From positions 1,020,001-1,052,000 of the forward strand of contig NC_006512.1 of the NCBI RefSeq assembly GCF_000008465.1: a stretch of DNA of 32,000 nucleotides. The letters run 5' to 3'. The translations under genes were made by a program, and so were the position numbers. The notes below the pieces were generated by a model. That model was not told where the DNA came from and made no database searches. It worked only from the letters and a program-made list of their open reading frames with translations. Positions 9,748 to 19,299 of the stretch are shown piece after piece; the stretch's first letter is position 1; each line of letters opens with the position of its first letter. The stretch is from Idiomarina loihiensis L2TR (lineage in GTDB: Bacteria; Pseudomonadota; Gammaproteobacteria; Enterobacterales; Alteromonadaceae).

Positions 9748-11694
9748 TTAAGAAGTTGCATCCCCGGGTTTATCAACATTAATGGGGCGGTCCGGACGTT
9801 CTTCGGTGTTCTCTGCCTTAGCAGCCCCACCGTCAGAATCGTTACCACCACTGTCTCTGTCATCCCAGTCTTTTGGCTGACGAACATCGCGACGGTTCAT
9901 CAAGTCATCAATTTGGTCGGCATCAATAGTTTCATAGCGAACTAATGCGTCCTTCATTGAATGCAAAATATCTTCGTTTTCTTCCAGCAGCTTTTTCGCT
10001 CGCTGATAATTACGGTCGATAACTGACTTCACTTCTTCATCAATAGCGCGCGCAGTGTCATCTGACATGTGCTTGTGCTGGGTTACCGAGCGACCGAGGA
10101 ACACTTCATTTTCATCTTCGGCGTACAGCAACGGCCCCATTTTCTCCGACAGTCCCCACTGGGTAACCATTTTACGAGCAATTTCAGTTGCACGTTCAAT
10201 GTCGTTAGAGGCGCCGGTGGTCACTTTATCGTTACCATAAATAATGGCTTCTGCAAGACGTCCACCGAACAAGCTTGAAATCATACTTTCAAGATGCTGT
10301 TTACTGTGGCTGACACGATCCTGCTCTGGCAGATACATGGTCACACCCAGTGCGCGGCCTCGTGGAATAATCGATACTTTGTAGACTGGATCATGTTCTG
10401 GCACAAGGCGACCAACAATGGCGTGGCCGGCTTCGTGGTAAGCGGTCATCGCTTTTTCATCATCCGTCATAACCATTGAGCGGCGCTCTGCACCCATCAT
10501 GATCTTGTCTTTTGCTTTATCAAATTCTTCCATTGAAACGACGCGCTTGTCGCCCCGGGCAGCAAATAGCGCAGCTTCGTTGACTAAGTTCGCTAAGTCC
10601 GCACCAGAAAAGCCGGGTGTACCACGAGCAATCACTGACGGTTTAACGTCATCACCTAATGGTACTTTACGCATGTGCACTTTAAGAATCTGCTCACGAC
10701 CACGAACATCCGGTAAACCAACGATAACCTGACGGTCAAAGCGGCCAGGACGCAATAATGCAGGATCTAAGACATCTGGACGGTTAGTCGCGGCAATAAC
10801 GATAATGCCTTCATTACCTTCAAAGCCATCCATTTCAACCAACATTTGGTTCAATGTCTGCTCACGTTCATCGTGGCCACCACCTAGTCCGGCACCACGT
10901 TGGCGACCCACGGCATCAAGCTCATCAATAAAGATAATGCATGGCGCAGATTTTTTCGCTTGTTCAAACATGTCACGAACACGGGAAGCACCGACACCAA
11001 CAAACATCTCAACGAAGTCTGAACCGGAAATGCTGAAGAACGGTACTTTTGCTTCGCCCGAAATAGCTTTTGCCAGCAGGGTTTTACCCGTACCCGGAGG
11101 GCCGACCATAAGAACGCCTTTCGGTATTTTGCCACCCAGACGCTGAAACTTAGAAGGGTCTTTCAGATAATCCACAAGCTCTGAGACTTCTTCTTTGGCC
11201 TCATCACAACCGGCTACGTCTTTGAAGGTTGTTTTTGATTGCTCTTCATTCATTAGCTTGGCTTTGCTTTTACCAAACGACATAGCCCCACGGCCGCCAC
11301 CGCCCTGCATCTGACGCATGAAGAATATCCATACACCGATTAACAGTAGCATCGGGAACCACGAAATAAAGATAGATGCCAGAATACTCTGCTCTTCTGG
11401 CGGAGTACCTTGTGTTTCTACATCGTTTGCCAACAAATCATCCAGAATTTTTGGATCATATTGAGTTGGTACAACGGTTTTATAAGATTGACCATTGCGA
11501 GTCATACCTGAAATAGTGCGTCCATCATCACCAAATTCAGCACGACGAATGTTGCCATTATTAACCTGAGATACAAATTCGCTGTATACCATGGTTGATG
11601 ATGACGTTCCGCTCGGACTGAAGCTCTGAAAAACGCTCATCAGTACGACAGCTATCACAAGCCACAAGATGAGATTCTTTGCCATATCGCTCAA
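9748..11694 (-). CDS. ftsH: ATP-dependent zinc metalloprotease FtsH
   Basis: 648-aa ORF with Walker A GPPGTGKT, an AAA SRH region and zinc site HEAGHA. The longest ORF starts at TTG 11694, with GAGG 9 nt upstream. An alternative ATG at 11685 gives [10 protein letters not shown], as in E. coli. Confidence 0.96.
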   Translation of the reverse strand: MSDMAKNLILWLVIAVVLMSVFQSFSPSGTSSSTMVYSEFVSQVNNGNIRRAEFGDDGRTISGMTRNGQSYKTVVPTQYDPKILDDLLANDVETQGTPPEEQSILASIFISWFPMLLLIGVWIFFMRQMQGGGGRGAMSFGKSKAKLMNEEQSKTTFKDVAGCDEAKEEVSELVDYLKDPSKFQRLGGKIPKGVLMVGPPGTGKTLLAKAISGEAKVPFFSISGSDFVEMFVGVGASRVRDMFEQAKKSAPCIIFIDELDAVGRQRGAGLGGGHDEREQTLNQMLVEMDGFEGNEGIIVIAATNRPDVLDPALLRPGRFDRQVIVGLPDVRGREQILKVHMRKVPLGDDVKPSVIARGTPGFSGADLANLVNEAALFAARGDKRVVSMEEFDKAKDKIMMGAERRSMVMTDDEKAMTAYHEAGHAIVGRLVPEHDPVYKVSIIPRGRALGVTMYLPEQDRVSHSKQHLESMISSLFGGRLAEAIIYGNDKVTTGASNDIERATEIARKMVTQWGLSEKMGPLLYAEDENEVFLGRSVTQHKHMSDDTARAIDEEVKSVIDRNYQRAKKLLEENEDILHSMKDALVRYETIDADQIDDLMNRRDVRQPKDWDDRDSGGNDSDGGAAKAENTEERPDRPINVDKPGDATS

Positions 11695-11735
11695 AGCCTA
11701 TTACCTCTATTAAAAATCAACTACCCAACAGGGTA

Positions 11736-12362
11736 CTACAGTTTATAGTCTGTCGCTACCAAGTAGACCTCTCTCGAACGTGCTCTTGAGGACTCTGGTT
11801 TTCTCGTTTTCACATCATTAAACGCTGCTCGTACATCTTTCAGGAAAGATTCAAAACCTTGCCCCTGAAACACTTTGACGGCAAAACTTCCACCTGGTTT
11901 CAAAACCTGATGGCACATGTCCAGCGCCAGCTCTACCAAGTACATAGAACGCGCCTGGTCTACCGTGCCATTACCGCTCATATTAGGTGCCATGTCAGAC
12001 AGCACCACATCCACATTTTTACCACCAATACGCTCTAATAAAGCCTCCAGTACCGATTCTTCACGAAAATCTCCCTGAAGAAAATCGACTCCGGCGATTG
12101 GGTCCATCGCTAAAATATCACAAGCAATGATTTGACCATCGCCGTTAAAGTAGTCGGCCACGTACTGTGACCACCCACCTGGGGCTGCTCCTAAATCAAC
12201 GACGGTTTGACCTTTTTTGATCAGTTTGTCCCGTTTTTGTATTTCTTCCAATTTAAAAACAGCGCGGGAGCGTAATCCCTTCTTCTGTGCTTTTTGGACA
12301 AACTGATCGTCAAAATGTTCTTTCAGCCAGCGCTGACTACTCACACTGCGTTTTTTTCCCAT
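11736..12362 (-). CDS. rlmE: 23S rRNA (uridine2552-2'-O)-methyltransferase RlmE (FtsJ)
   Basis: 208-aa [45 protein letters not shown]... with SAM motif DLGAAPGGW. Synteny rlmE-ftsH. Confidence 0.96.
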   Translation of the reverse strand: MGKKRSVSSQRWLKEHFDDQFVQKAQKKGLRSRAVFKLEEIQKRDKLIKKGQTVVDLGAAPGGWSQYVADYFNGDGQIIACDILAMDPIAGVDFLQGDFREESVLEALLERIGGKNVDVVLSDMAPNMSGNGTVDQARSMYLVELALDMCHQVLKPGGSFAVKVFQGQGFESFLKDVRAAFNDVKTRKPESSRARSREVYLVATDYKL

Positions 12363-12403
12363 GATTTAACGAAGTTTCCTTAATTGTCTGGCCTGAATAC
12401 CTG

Positions 12404-12432
12404 ATCTGGCGTTACAATGTTAAAAAATCAAG
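12404..12432 (-). promoter_or_regulatory. Possible sigma32-type promoter for rlmE-ftsH (weak match)
   Basis: Minus strand reads CTTGATT, 14 nt, then CGCCAGAT, against the consensus CTTGAAA-N13-15-CCCCATNT. It is imperfect in both elements. Confidence 0.3.
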
Positions 12433-12453
12433 CTCTAAAACGGATATTATCGA

Positions 12454-12750
12454 ATGTCATTAAGTAATAAGCAAAAACAGCATTTAAAAGGTTTAGCACA
12501 TCCGCTTAAACCCGTCGTACTACTTGGGGCTAACGGCCTTACTGAAGGTGTTCTTGCAGAAATTGAGCAAGCACTTGACCACCATGAACTGATTAAAATA
12601 AAAGTTCCGGAAGAAGATCGCGAGCTCAGAAAGCAAATTATGGCAACCATTGTACATGAAACCGGTGCCGCTGAAGTGCAAATTATCGGTAAAACACAAG
12701 TGATATACCGTGCTGCAGAAGAACCTAAGATTCGTCTTCCTCGCGGGTAA
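12454..12750 (+). CDS. yhbY: CRM-domain RNA-binding protein YhbY
   Basis: The 98-aa ORF MSLSNKQKQHLKGLAHPLKPVVLLGANGLTEGVLAEIEQALDHHELIKIKV... is collinear with E. coli YhbY along its full length. It is divergent from rlmE. Confidence 0.95.
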   Translation: MSLSNKQKQHLKGLAHPLKPVVLLGANGLTEGVLAEIEQALDHHELIKIKVPEEDRELRKQIMATIVHETGAAEVQIIGKTQVIYRAAEEPKIRLPRG

Positions 12751-13279
12751 TTCTTTGAATCGCAGGCTTAAGAGCTAATGCTTTTGCGACTAACTCTAAT
12801 GCCTGCGATTTCTCCATCCACTTATCTGTAGTGGAAAAATACGCATCCAGCATCAAAGTCATACATTGTTCATCATCTTGCAGCCCGTAGGCTTTCAATA
12901 GCGGCTCTATCTTTTTGTGCGCTTTTAAAAACTCAATTCGCCGTTTGCGTTCTTCCTCTACCACGCTGCTCTTAACGTAATCGCCCTGAGTATAAGCGTA
13001 GCTGGGTTCGTGCAAGGTATAACCCGGAGCAAAAAACCAGTTAAGAGAAATTCTTTCTTGCAGTAGTTTCCGAATAATTTCGGCAAAAGGTAATTTGTTA
13101 CTACGTTTCCAGTTGGCATAATCGTTGGCGTTGCGGCCTAACCACACAGAAACATCTTTATAAGTTGCCTTTTGTGAAATGAGCTTTAAACGTTCGAAGC
13201 ACTCCGTGACGCTAAGTTCATCAAGGGGCGTATGCTGAAAAGTGTTAAATGATAGCGACTGTTCCTTGTCCATTGTCAT
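12725..13279 (-). CDS. Hypothetical protein of ~184 aa: N-terminal CI-repressor-like helix-turn-helix and a helical C-terminal domain of unknown function
   Basis: Intact ORF with protein-like composition. The segment ATYKDVSVWLGRNANDYANWKRSNKLPFAEIIRKLLQERISLNWFFAPG fits the pattern of P2/186-type CI HTH domains (..lg.s...vs.Wk.R..iP.e.i..l....visl.WL..G). I place the start at ATG 13279 or 13273 (GAGAAG SD 6 nt before the latter). The ORF-track start at 13420 runs through the greA terminator. Confidence 0.6.
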   Translation of the reverse strand: MTMDKEQSLSFNTFQHTPLDELSVTECFERLKLISQKATYKDVSVWLGRNANDYANWKRSNKLPFAEIIRKLLQERISLNWFFAPGYTLHEPSYAYTQGDYVKSSVVEEERKRRIEFLKAHKKIEPLLKAYGLQDDEQCMTLMLDAYFSTTDKWMEKSQALELVAKALALKPAIQRITREEDES

Positions 13280-13375
13280 CTTCTCTTGTAAATTTAATGT
13301 TAGAAAAAAAGATAAGAGCAAACTATACAATAGACCGTATAAAAAACAAACAGAAATGCGTTTCAAAAGAAAATA

Positions 13376-13410
13376 AAAAGAAAAAGGCTGGTAAACTTGC
13401 GTTTCCAGCC
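13376..13410 (-). terminator. Intrinsic terminator after greA, potentially bidirectional
   Basis: Minus strand reads GGCTGGAAAC-GCAA-GTTT(A)CCAGCC followed by TTTTTCTTTTT. On the plus strand the same hairpin is followed by TTTT. Confidence 0.85.
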
Positions 13411-13432
13411 TTTTATACACTCATTGTTGATA

Positions 13433-13909
13433 TTACTTATATTGTACTGCAACAACCTCGTATTCAACTTCACCATTAGGTGTCGTCACTGTCGCAATAT
13501 CATCAATTTCTTTACCAATAAGTGCACGCGCAATGGGTGAATTCACAGAAATTAAGTTTGATTTAATATCCGCTTCGTCGTCACCCACAATTTTATAAGT
13601 AACTTCTTCGTCCGTTTTCGTGTTGTAAACGGTGACTGTGGAGCCAAAAATAACTTTGCCGTTATTTGGTACCTTAGTTACATCAATGATCTGCGCGTTG
13701 GAAAGCTTGGATTCAATTTCCTGAATACGGCCTTCGCAAAAACCTTGCTGTTCACGCGCTGCATGATATTCCGCATTTTCTTTTAAATCACCATGCTCGC
13801 GAGCATCAGCAATAGCTTCAACAATGCGCGGACGCTCTACCGTTTTTAAACGTTTAAGCTCATCACGTAATAATTGCGCGCCATGTTCCGTCATTGGAAT
13901 CTGGTTCAT
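13433..13909 (-). CDS. greA: Transcription elongation factor GreA
   Basis: 158-aa [58 protein letters not shown]... The ATG overlaps the carB TGA (ATGA). Confidence 0.97.
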   Translation of the reverse strand: MNQIPMTEHGAQLLRDELKRLKTVERPRIVEAIADAREHGDLKENAEYHAAREQQGFCEGRIQEIESKLSNAQIIDVTKVPNNGKVIFGSTVTVYNTKTDEEVTYKIVGDDEADIKSNLISVNSPIARALIGKEIDDIATVTTPNGEVEYEVVAVQYK

Positions 13910-16900
13910 ATTAACGATACCCTTTTATGTAATTCTTGTACCGAGCTCACCCGAGCCCGATCATCCGCTGTATTTGCTTTTACTGTCGCAAACGCAGCAT
14001 TCAATGTTGTGGTGTAAATAACTTTATTCAATAGTGCTTCGCGGCGAATATAGACCGAGTCTTCAATCGCCTGACGGCCTTCTACTGTATTTATAATATA
14101 GCAATATTCGCCGTTTTTAATCGCATCAACAATATTTGGACGGCCTTCTTGCAATTTATTTACAATACTGCAGTCAATACCTTCTTCACCAAGCATTTTC
14201 GCTGTACCGCGCGTCGCTTCTAAACTAAAGCCTAAAGCCAATAAGCCTCGGGCCAAGTCCATCAGACGTTGCTTATCACTGTCTTTTACAGAAATGAGTG
14301 CTTTACCTTTTTTAGCCAGCGCTTCGCCGGCACCCAGGTTGGCTTTCGCATAAGCTTCTTCAAAGCTTTCACCCACACCCATAACTTCGCCAGTTGAGCG
14401 CATTTCAGGTCCGCGAATAGGGTCGACCCCCTGGAACTTAGCAAAAGGAATGACCACTTCTTTCACCGAGTAATACGGTGGAATAATTTCTTTTACATAG
14501 CCCTGCTCTTGCAATGACTGGCCAACCATTACCCGAGCTGCCACTTTGGCTAACGGCACACCCGTTGCTTTAGAAACAAAAGGTACGGTTCTCGCAGCCC
14601 TTGGGTTTACCTCAATAAGGTAAATTTCATCCTCTTTAACCGCAAACTGAGCATTCATCAAGCCGTTCACATTCAATTCAAAAGCTAACTTACGCATTTG
14701 TTCACGTAATTGAGCCTGAATAATGTCACTCAATGAATACGGAGGCAATGAACACGCAGAGTCACCCGAGTGAACCCCGGCTTCCTCGATATGCTGCATA
14801 ATGCCGCCAATCAGAACGTCGGTACCATCGCAGATAGCATCAACGTCAACTTCTATCGCGTTATCAAGGAAACGATCCAGCAGCACAGGCGCGTCATTTG
14901 ACACTTTGACCGCGTCAGTCAGATAACGTTGCAAGTCCGCTTCGTCATAAACAATTTCCATAGCTCTTCCACCCAGAACATAGGATGGACGAACAACTAA
15001 CGGATAACCAATACGTTTAGCTTCAGTCAAAGCTTCGTTAAAGCCTGTTACTGTCGAATTCTCTGGCTGTTTTAATCCCAGTCGACGCACGGCAGTCTGA
15101 AAGCGCGCTCTGTCTTCTGCTCTGTCAATAGCGTCAGGCGAAGTACCGATAATTGGAACACCATTAGCCTCAAGCTCACGCGCCAGCTTCAACGGAGTCT
15201 GGCCACCGTATTGGACAATAACCCCTTTAGGCTTTTCAATACGAACAATTTCGAGGACATCTTCAAGAGTAATAGACTCAAAGTATAGACGATCTGATGT
15301 GTCATAGTCGGTAGACACTGTTTCCGGGTTACAGTTCACCATAATGGTTTCATAACCGTCTTCACGCAGCGCCAACGACGCATGCACACAGCAATAATCG
15401 AACTCAATGCCCTGCCCTATACGGTTTGGTCCGCCACCAATAACCATAATTTTGTCATTGTCCGTCGGCGCTGCTTCGCATTCTTCATCGTAGCTTGAAT
15501 ACATGTAAGCTGTGCCAGAGGCGAATTCGGCCGCACAGGTATCAACACGTTTGTAAACGGGATGAATTTTATACTTATAACGCTTTTTACGAACTTCTGC
15601 TTCACTCACATGCAGAACATCAGCTATACGGGAGTCGGCAAAGCCACGACGTTTCAACACCGTCATAACGTCTGCGGTGAGCCCGGCTAAACCAAGTTCA
15701 TCAACCTCTTTTTCAAGGTCTACAAGCTCTTCAATCTGAATCAGATACCACTCGTCTATACGCGTTAACTCAAAGACTTCGCGTACCGTCATACCTAAGC
15801 GAAAAGCGTCAGCGATGTACCAAATACGCTCTGCACCCGGTTCTTTTAATTCACGGATAACTTTTGAACGAGCATCTTTAGCTTCTAAGTCCACAATAGG
15901 GTCAAAACCCGAGGCACCAAGCTCAAGCCCTCGCAGCGCCTTTTGCATCGATTCCTGAAAGTTACGGCCAATAGCCATCACTTCACCAACGGACTTCATT
16001 TGCGTGGTCAACCGGTCATTGCAGTTCGCAAACTTTTCGAAGTTAAAGCGCGGTATTTTTGTGACCACGTAATCTAATGCAGGCTCAAAAGACGCGGGTG
16101 TTTTGCCGCCGGTTATCTCGTTCTCCAGTTCATCCAGCGTGTATCCAACGGCCAGTTTCGCTGCTACCTTAGCAATTGGGAAGCCTGTAGCTTTTGATGC
16201 CAAAGCCGATGAACGGGAAACCCGTGGGTTCATTTCAATAATGACCATGCGCCCGGTGTCCGGGTTAACGCCAAACTGTACGTTAGAGCCTCCAGTTTCT
16301 ACACCAATTTCACGCAGAACGGCCATTGCCGCGTCACGCATTAGCTGGAATTCTTTATCGGTTAACGTCTGAGCGGGAGCAACGGTTATCGAGTCACCGG
16401 TATGAATCCCCATTGGATCGAAGTTTTCAATGGTACAGACAATGATGCAGTTATCGCTTTTATCGCGCACAACTTCCATCTCGTACTCTTTCCAGCCCAG
16501 TAATGACTCATCAATTAGCAGTTCATTGGTTGGTGAGAGGTCTAAACCGCGTCGACAAATTTCTTCAAACTCTTCACGGTTATAGGCAATACCACCGCCA
16601 CTGCCACCCATAGTGAAGGACGGTCGGATAATGCAAGGGAAACCCAGTCGGCTAAGCACATCAAAGGCTTCATCAAGACTATGAGCCATCTCAGCATTCG
16701 GTGTTTCCAGACCAATCGCTTTCATTGCTTTATCAAAGCGATCACGGTTTTCCGCTTTATCAATCGCATCGGCATTAGCGCCAATCATTTCAACCTTATA
16801 GCGTTCCAGTACGCCGTGACGGTCTAAATCCAGCGCACAGTTCAAAGCGGTTTGACCACCCATGGTCGGTAACACCGCATCGGGACGCTCACGCTCAATA

Positions 16901-17130
16901 ATTTTCTCTACTACTTCCCAGTGAATTGGCTCGATATAAGTTGCATCGGCCATTTCCGGGTCAGTCATAATGGTAGCAGGGTTAGAATTTACCAAAATGA
17001 CTCGGTAACCTTCCTCGCGCAGCGCTTTGCACGCTTGAGCGCCGGAGTAATCAAACTCACAGGCCTGGCCGATAACAATAGGGCCTGCACCCAGAATCAG
17101 AATGCTTTTAATGTCGGTACGTTTTGGCAT
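13906..17130 (-). CDS. carB: Carbamoyl-phosphate synthase large subunit
   Basis: 1074-aa [45 protein letters not shown]... with duplicated ATP-grasp halves and an MGS-like C-terminus. Confidence 0.98.
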   Translation of the reverse strand: MPKRTDIKSILILGAGPIVIGQACEFDYSGAQACKALREEGYRVILVNSNPATIMTDPEMADATYIEPIHWEVVEKIIERERPDAVLPTMGGQTALNCALDLDRHGVLERYKVEMIGANADAIDKAENRDRFDKAMKAIGLETPNAEMAHSLDEAFDVLSRLGFPCIIRPSFTMGGSGGGIAYNREEFEEICRRGLDLSPTNELLIDESLLGWKEYEMEVVRDKSDNCIIVCTIENFDPMGIHTGDSITVAPAQTLTDKEFQLMRDAAMAVLREIGVETGGSNVQFGVNPDTGRMVIIEMNPRVSRSSALASKATGFPIAKVAAKLAVGYTLDELENEITGGKTPASFEPALDYVVTKIPRFNFEKFANCNDRLTTQMKSVGEVMAIGRNFQESMQKALRGLELGASGFDPIVDLEAKDARSKVIRELKEPGAERIWYIADAFRLGMTVREVFELTRIDEWYLIQIEELVDLEKEVDELGLAGLTADVMTVLKRRGFADSRIADVLHVSEAEVRKKRYKYKIHPVYKRVDTCAAEFASGTAYMYSSYDEECEAAPTDNDKIMVIGGGPNRIGQGIEFDYCCVHASLALREDGYETIMVNCNPETVSTDYDTSDRLYFESITLEDVLEIVRIEKPKGVIVQYGGQTPLKLARELEANGVPIIGTSPDAIDRAEDRARFQTAVRRLGLKQPENSTVTGFNEALTEAKRIGYPLVVRPSYVLGGRAMEIVYDEADLQRYLTDAVKVSNDAPVLLDRFLDNAIEVDVDAICDGTDVLIGGIMQHIEEAGVHSGDSACSLPPYSLSDIIQAQLREQMRKLAFELNVNGLMNAQFAVKEDEIYLIEVNPRAARTVPFVSKATGVPLAKVAARVMVGQSLQEQGYVKEIIPPYYSVKEVVIPFAKFQGVDPIRGPEMRSTGEVMGVGESFEEAYAKANLGAGEALAKKGKALISVKDSDKQRLMDLARGLLALGFSLEATRGTAKMLGEEGIDCSIVNKLQEGRPNIVDAIKNGEYCYIINTVEGRQAIEDSVYIRREALLNKVIYTTTLNAAFATVKANTADDRARVSSVQELHKRVSLI

Positions 17131-17188
17131 AAAGTCGCTCTATCTGTCCTTTCGCTACGGATGACGGCATCGAATATTATTCGACGAA

Positions 17189-18334
17189 TCAGGCTTTGGC
17201 CTGCATCAATTCAATAAATTGGTCAAACAGTTCACTGGCATCGTGCGGCCCCGGACTTGCTTCGGGGTGCCCCTGGAAACTAAAGGCTGGCTTATCTTTG
17301 CGACGAATACCCTGCAATGTTCCATCGAACAAAGATACGTGAGTCACTTCCAGGTTATCCGGCAGCTGTTTCTCATCAACGGCAAAGCCATGGTTCTGGC
17401 TGGTAATCATCACCCGTTTCGTTTTTAAATCTTGTACCGGGTGGTTAGCACCGTGATGACCAAACTTCATTTTCATGGAGTGCGCACCACTGGCAATAGC
17501 CAATAATTGATGACCAAGGCAAATACCAAAAATTGGAATCTCTTTATCCAGTAAGGCTTTGATTGCTGTAATCGCATAATCACAAGGCTCAGGGTCGCCC
17601 GGGCCATTCGATAAGAAGACCCCATCGGGTTTTAATGCCAGTACATCCTCGGCCGACGTTTGAGCCGGTACGACTGTAATCTTACAGTTTCGGTCAGCCA
17701 GCAAACGCAGAATGTTGTGTTTACAACCGTAATCATAAGCGACTACATGGTATTTATTCTGCTCTGGTTTGGTATGGCCTTCGCCCAGCTGCCAGCTACC
17801 GCCCTGCCAGTCATAAGGCTTATCGCAGCAAACTTCTTTCGCAAGATCCATTCCCTTTAAACCCGGAAACTTCTGAGCCAGTTCCTGGGCTTTATTTTCA
17901 TCCAGCTCGCCAACCATAATGCAGCCATTTTGCGCACCTTTTTCGCGCAAAATGCGAGTTAAACGACGCGTATCAATATCTGCAATCCCCACCACGTTGT
18001 GACGTTGCAAGTAAGCACTTAGCGTCTCTTCACTACGGAAATTGCTGGCTTTCATTGCCAAATCTCTAATGATGAGTCCTTTCGCCCAAACCTGATCAGA
18101 CTCTGCGTCTTCAGAGTTAATACCGGTATTGCCTATATGGGGATAAGTGAGAGTAACGATTTGTTCTGTATAAGATGGGTCAGTAAGAATTTCCTGGTAA
18201 CCTGTCATGGCCGTGTTGAAGACCACTTCGCCGACTGCAGAGCCTTCGGCTCCGATAGCGGTTCCGCGAAACACGGTCCCGTCAGCAAGCACCAGAATCG
18301 CTCGTTTAGCGGATTGACTCGCTAGAATACTCAA
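17189..18334 (-). CDS. carA: Carbamoyl-phosphate synthase small (glutaminase) subunit
   Basis: (M)[54 protein letters not shown]... with the catalytic GICLGHQ motif. I place the start at TTG 18334-18332, with GGAGG 6 nt upstream, which gives 381 aa. The ORF-track GTG at 18421 would add 29 aa that read through a terminator hairpin. E. coli carA also uses a TTG start. Confidence 0.93.
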   Translation of the reverse strand: MSILASQSAKRAILVLADGTVFRGTAIGAEGSAVGEVVFNTAMTGYQEILTDPSYTEQIVTLTYPHIGNTGINSEDAESDQVWAKGLIIRDLAMKASNFRSEETLSAYLQRHNVVGIADIDTRRLTRILREKGAQNGCIMVGELDENKAQELAQKFPGLKGMDLAKEVCCDKPYDWQGGSWQLGEGHTKPEQNKYHVVAYDYGCKHNILRLLADRNCKITVVPAQTSAEDVLALKPDGVFLSNGPGDPEPCDYAITAIKALLDKEIPIFGICLGHQLLAIASGAHSMKMKFGHHGANHPVQDLKTKRVMITSQNHGFAVDEKQLPDNLEVTHVSLFDGTLQGIRRKDKPAFSFQGHPEASPGPHDASELFDQFIELMQAKA

Positions 18335-18351
18335 GGGCAACCTCCGTACAT

Positions 18352-18387
18352 AAAAAAACGGGTAAATCAATAATTTGACTTCCCCGT
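18352..18387 (-). terminator. Terminator-like attenuator hairpin in the carA leader
   Basis: The minus-strand RNA is ACGGGGAAGUCAA-AUUA-UUGAUUUACCCGU: a 13-bp stem with one mismatch and one G-U pair, running into 7 consecutive U. It ends 6 nt before the carA SD. Confidence 0.65.
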
Positions 18388-18456
18388 CTTGCGTCCTGAA
18401 CCGCGCGTTTTGCCAAATCACGCCGGCCTTCGGACTGATTCAGGCAAATTCTCGCC

Positions 18457-18485
18457 ATTCTACGAAATATTACGAAAATCGTCCA
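18457..18485 (-). promoter_or_regulatory. Putative sigma70 promoter for carAB
   Basis: Minus strand reads TGGACG (18485-18480), a 17-nt spacer, then TAGAAT (18462-18457). It lies just after the dapB stop and about 115 nt upstream of the carA start. Confidence 0.45.
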
Positions 18486-18492
18486 GCAGTAT

Positions 18493-19299
18493 TTATTGCT
18501 TGAGCATGCGTTGCAGTATGTCCTGCAAATTTAAGGTGTCCTGCAGGCTATAAAAACCGGGCGCTTGTTCTTCAAGCCATTTGGCGGCACGTAAGGCTCC
18601 GTCGGCAAAAGTTTTTCGATTGCTGACACGATGTCCAATCTCAATTCGTTCACCCGCGACCGCCAGCGTAACCTGATGTTCACCGATAATATCCGCTGCC
18701 CGCATTACAGAAAAACCTATCCCCTCTTCGCTGCGCAGTCCATCAGCGCGAATACCATCGTTAACCTGATCCCAGCTTTGCTGTCGGCCTTTCGCTGCAG
18801 CCTGTCCCAAACTCAGTGCGGTTCCCGACGGGCCGTCTTTTTTGTGTCGGTGATGCGCCTCAAAAATTTCAATGTCGGCATTAGGTAATGCTGCACTGCT
18901 TATACCAACCAGCTGTTCCAGCAAAGCGATGCCGATGCTGGTATTACTAGCATACAATACCGGTACAGTCTCGGCTGCCTGTGCCAGCCGTTCTTTCTGT
19001 TCTTCGCTTAACCCCGTAGTGCAAACAACAATAGGTAATTGATATTGTTCAGCAAGCTTCAGGTTTTCAGTGAGTGCTTCAGGCAAAGAAAAATCAATAA
19101 GGACATCAACCTGCTCGGGCTGCAATTCGTCGGCGCTAATAAAATGAACGGGCTCGTTCTCTGTCGCACTGTCGCCGTAACTGTTACTGCTTTTTCTGAC
19201 AATGGCTGCACCCAGCTTAGCTTCGTTATCGTCCGCCAAAGCCTGAATAACCGCTTGTCCCATTCTGCCTGAGGCTCCGAATACGCCCACATTGATCAT
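18493..19299 (-). CDS. dapB: 4-hydroxy-tetrahydrodipicolinate reductase
   Basis: 268-aa [24 protein letters not shown]... with the [15 protein letters not shown] motif. Synteny dapB-carA-carB. Confidence 0.96.

Noticed and set aside
9690-9887. 65-aa minus-strand ORF overlapping the ftsH C-terminus and terminator
   Set aside because: It is an alternative frame of the ftsH 3' end that runs through the terminator hairpin. There are no translation signals.
12447-12650. 67-aa ORF antisense to yhbY
   Set aside because: It is fully embedded antisense in a strongly conserved gene. The peptide is S/C-rich and low in complexity, with no SD.
13280-13420. 47-codon N-terminal extension of the HTH ORF (MYKRLETQVYQPFSFYFLLKRISVCFLYG...)
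   Set aside because: It is encoded by the A/T-tract region and reads through the greA terminator hairpin. Its composition (F/L/Y-rich) reflects poly-A/T DNA. The internal ATGs at 13279/13273, with an SD, are more plausible.
13249-13479. Plus-strand 76-aa ORF spanning the HTH-ORF promoter region and the greA 3' end
   Set aside because: It is K/N-rich because it translates A-tracts. It overlaps a terminator and the greA coding end, with no SD.
17170-17184. Interpretation of the carA-carB palindrome as an ArgR ARG box
   Set aside because: The half-site spacing is 3 nt rather than 4, the arms are CGAAT rather than TGAAT, and the location is intercistronic. I kept it as a low-interest palindrome only.
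18335-18421. 29-codon N-terminal extension of carA from GTG 18421 (ORF-track call of 410 aa)
   Set aside because: The extension ([30 protein letters not shown]) has no counterpart in CarA proteins and is encoded across the terminator hairpin and the GGAGG SD. TTG 18334 gives a 381-aa protein collinear with E. coli CarA. I kept it only as a possible leader frame in the attenuator finding.
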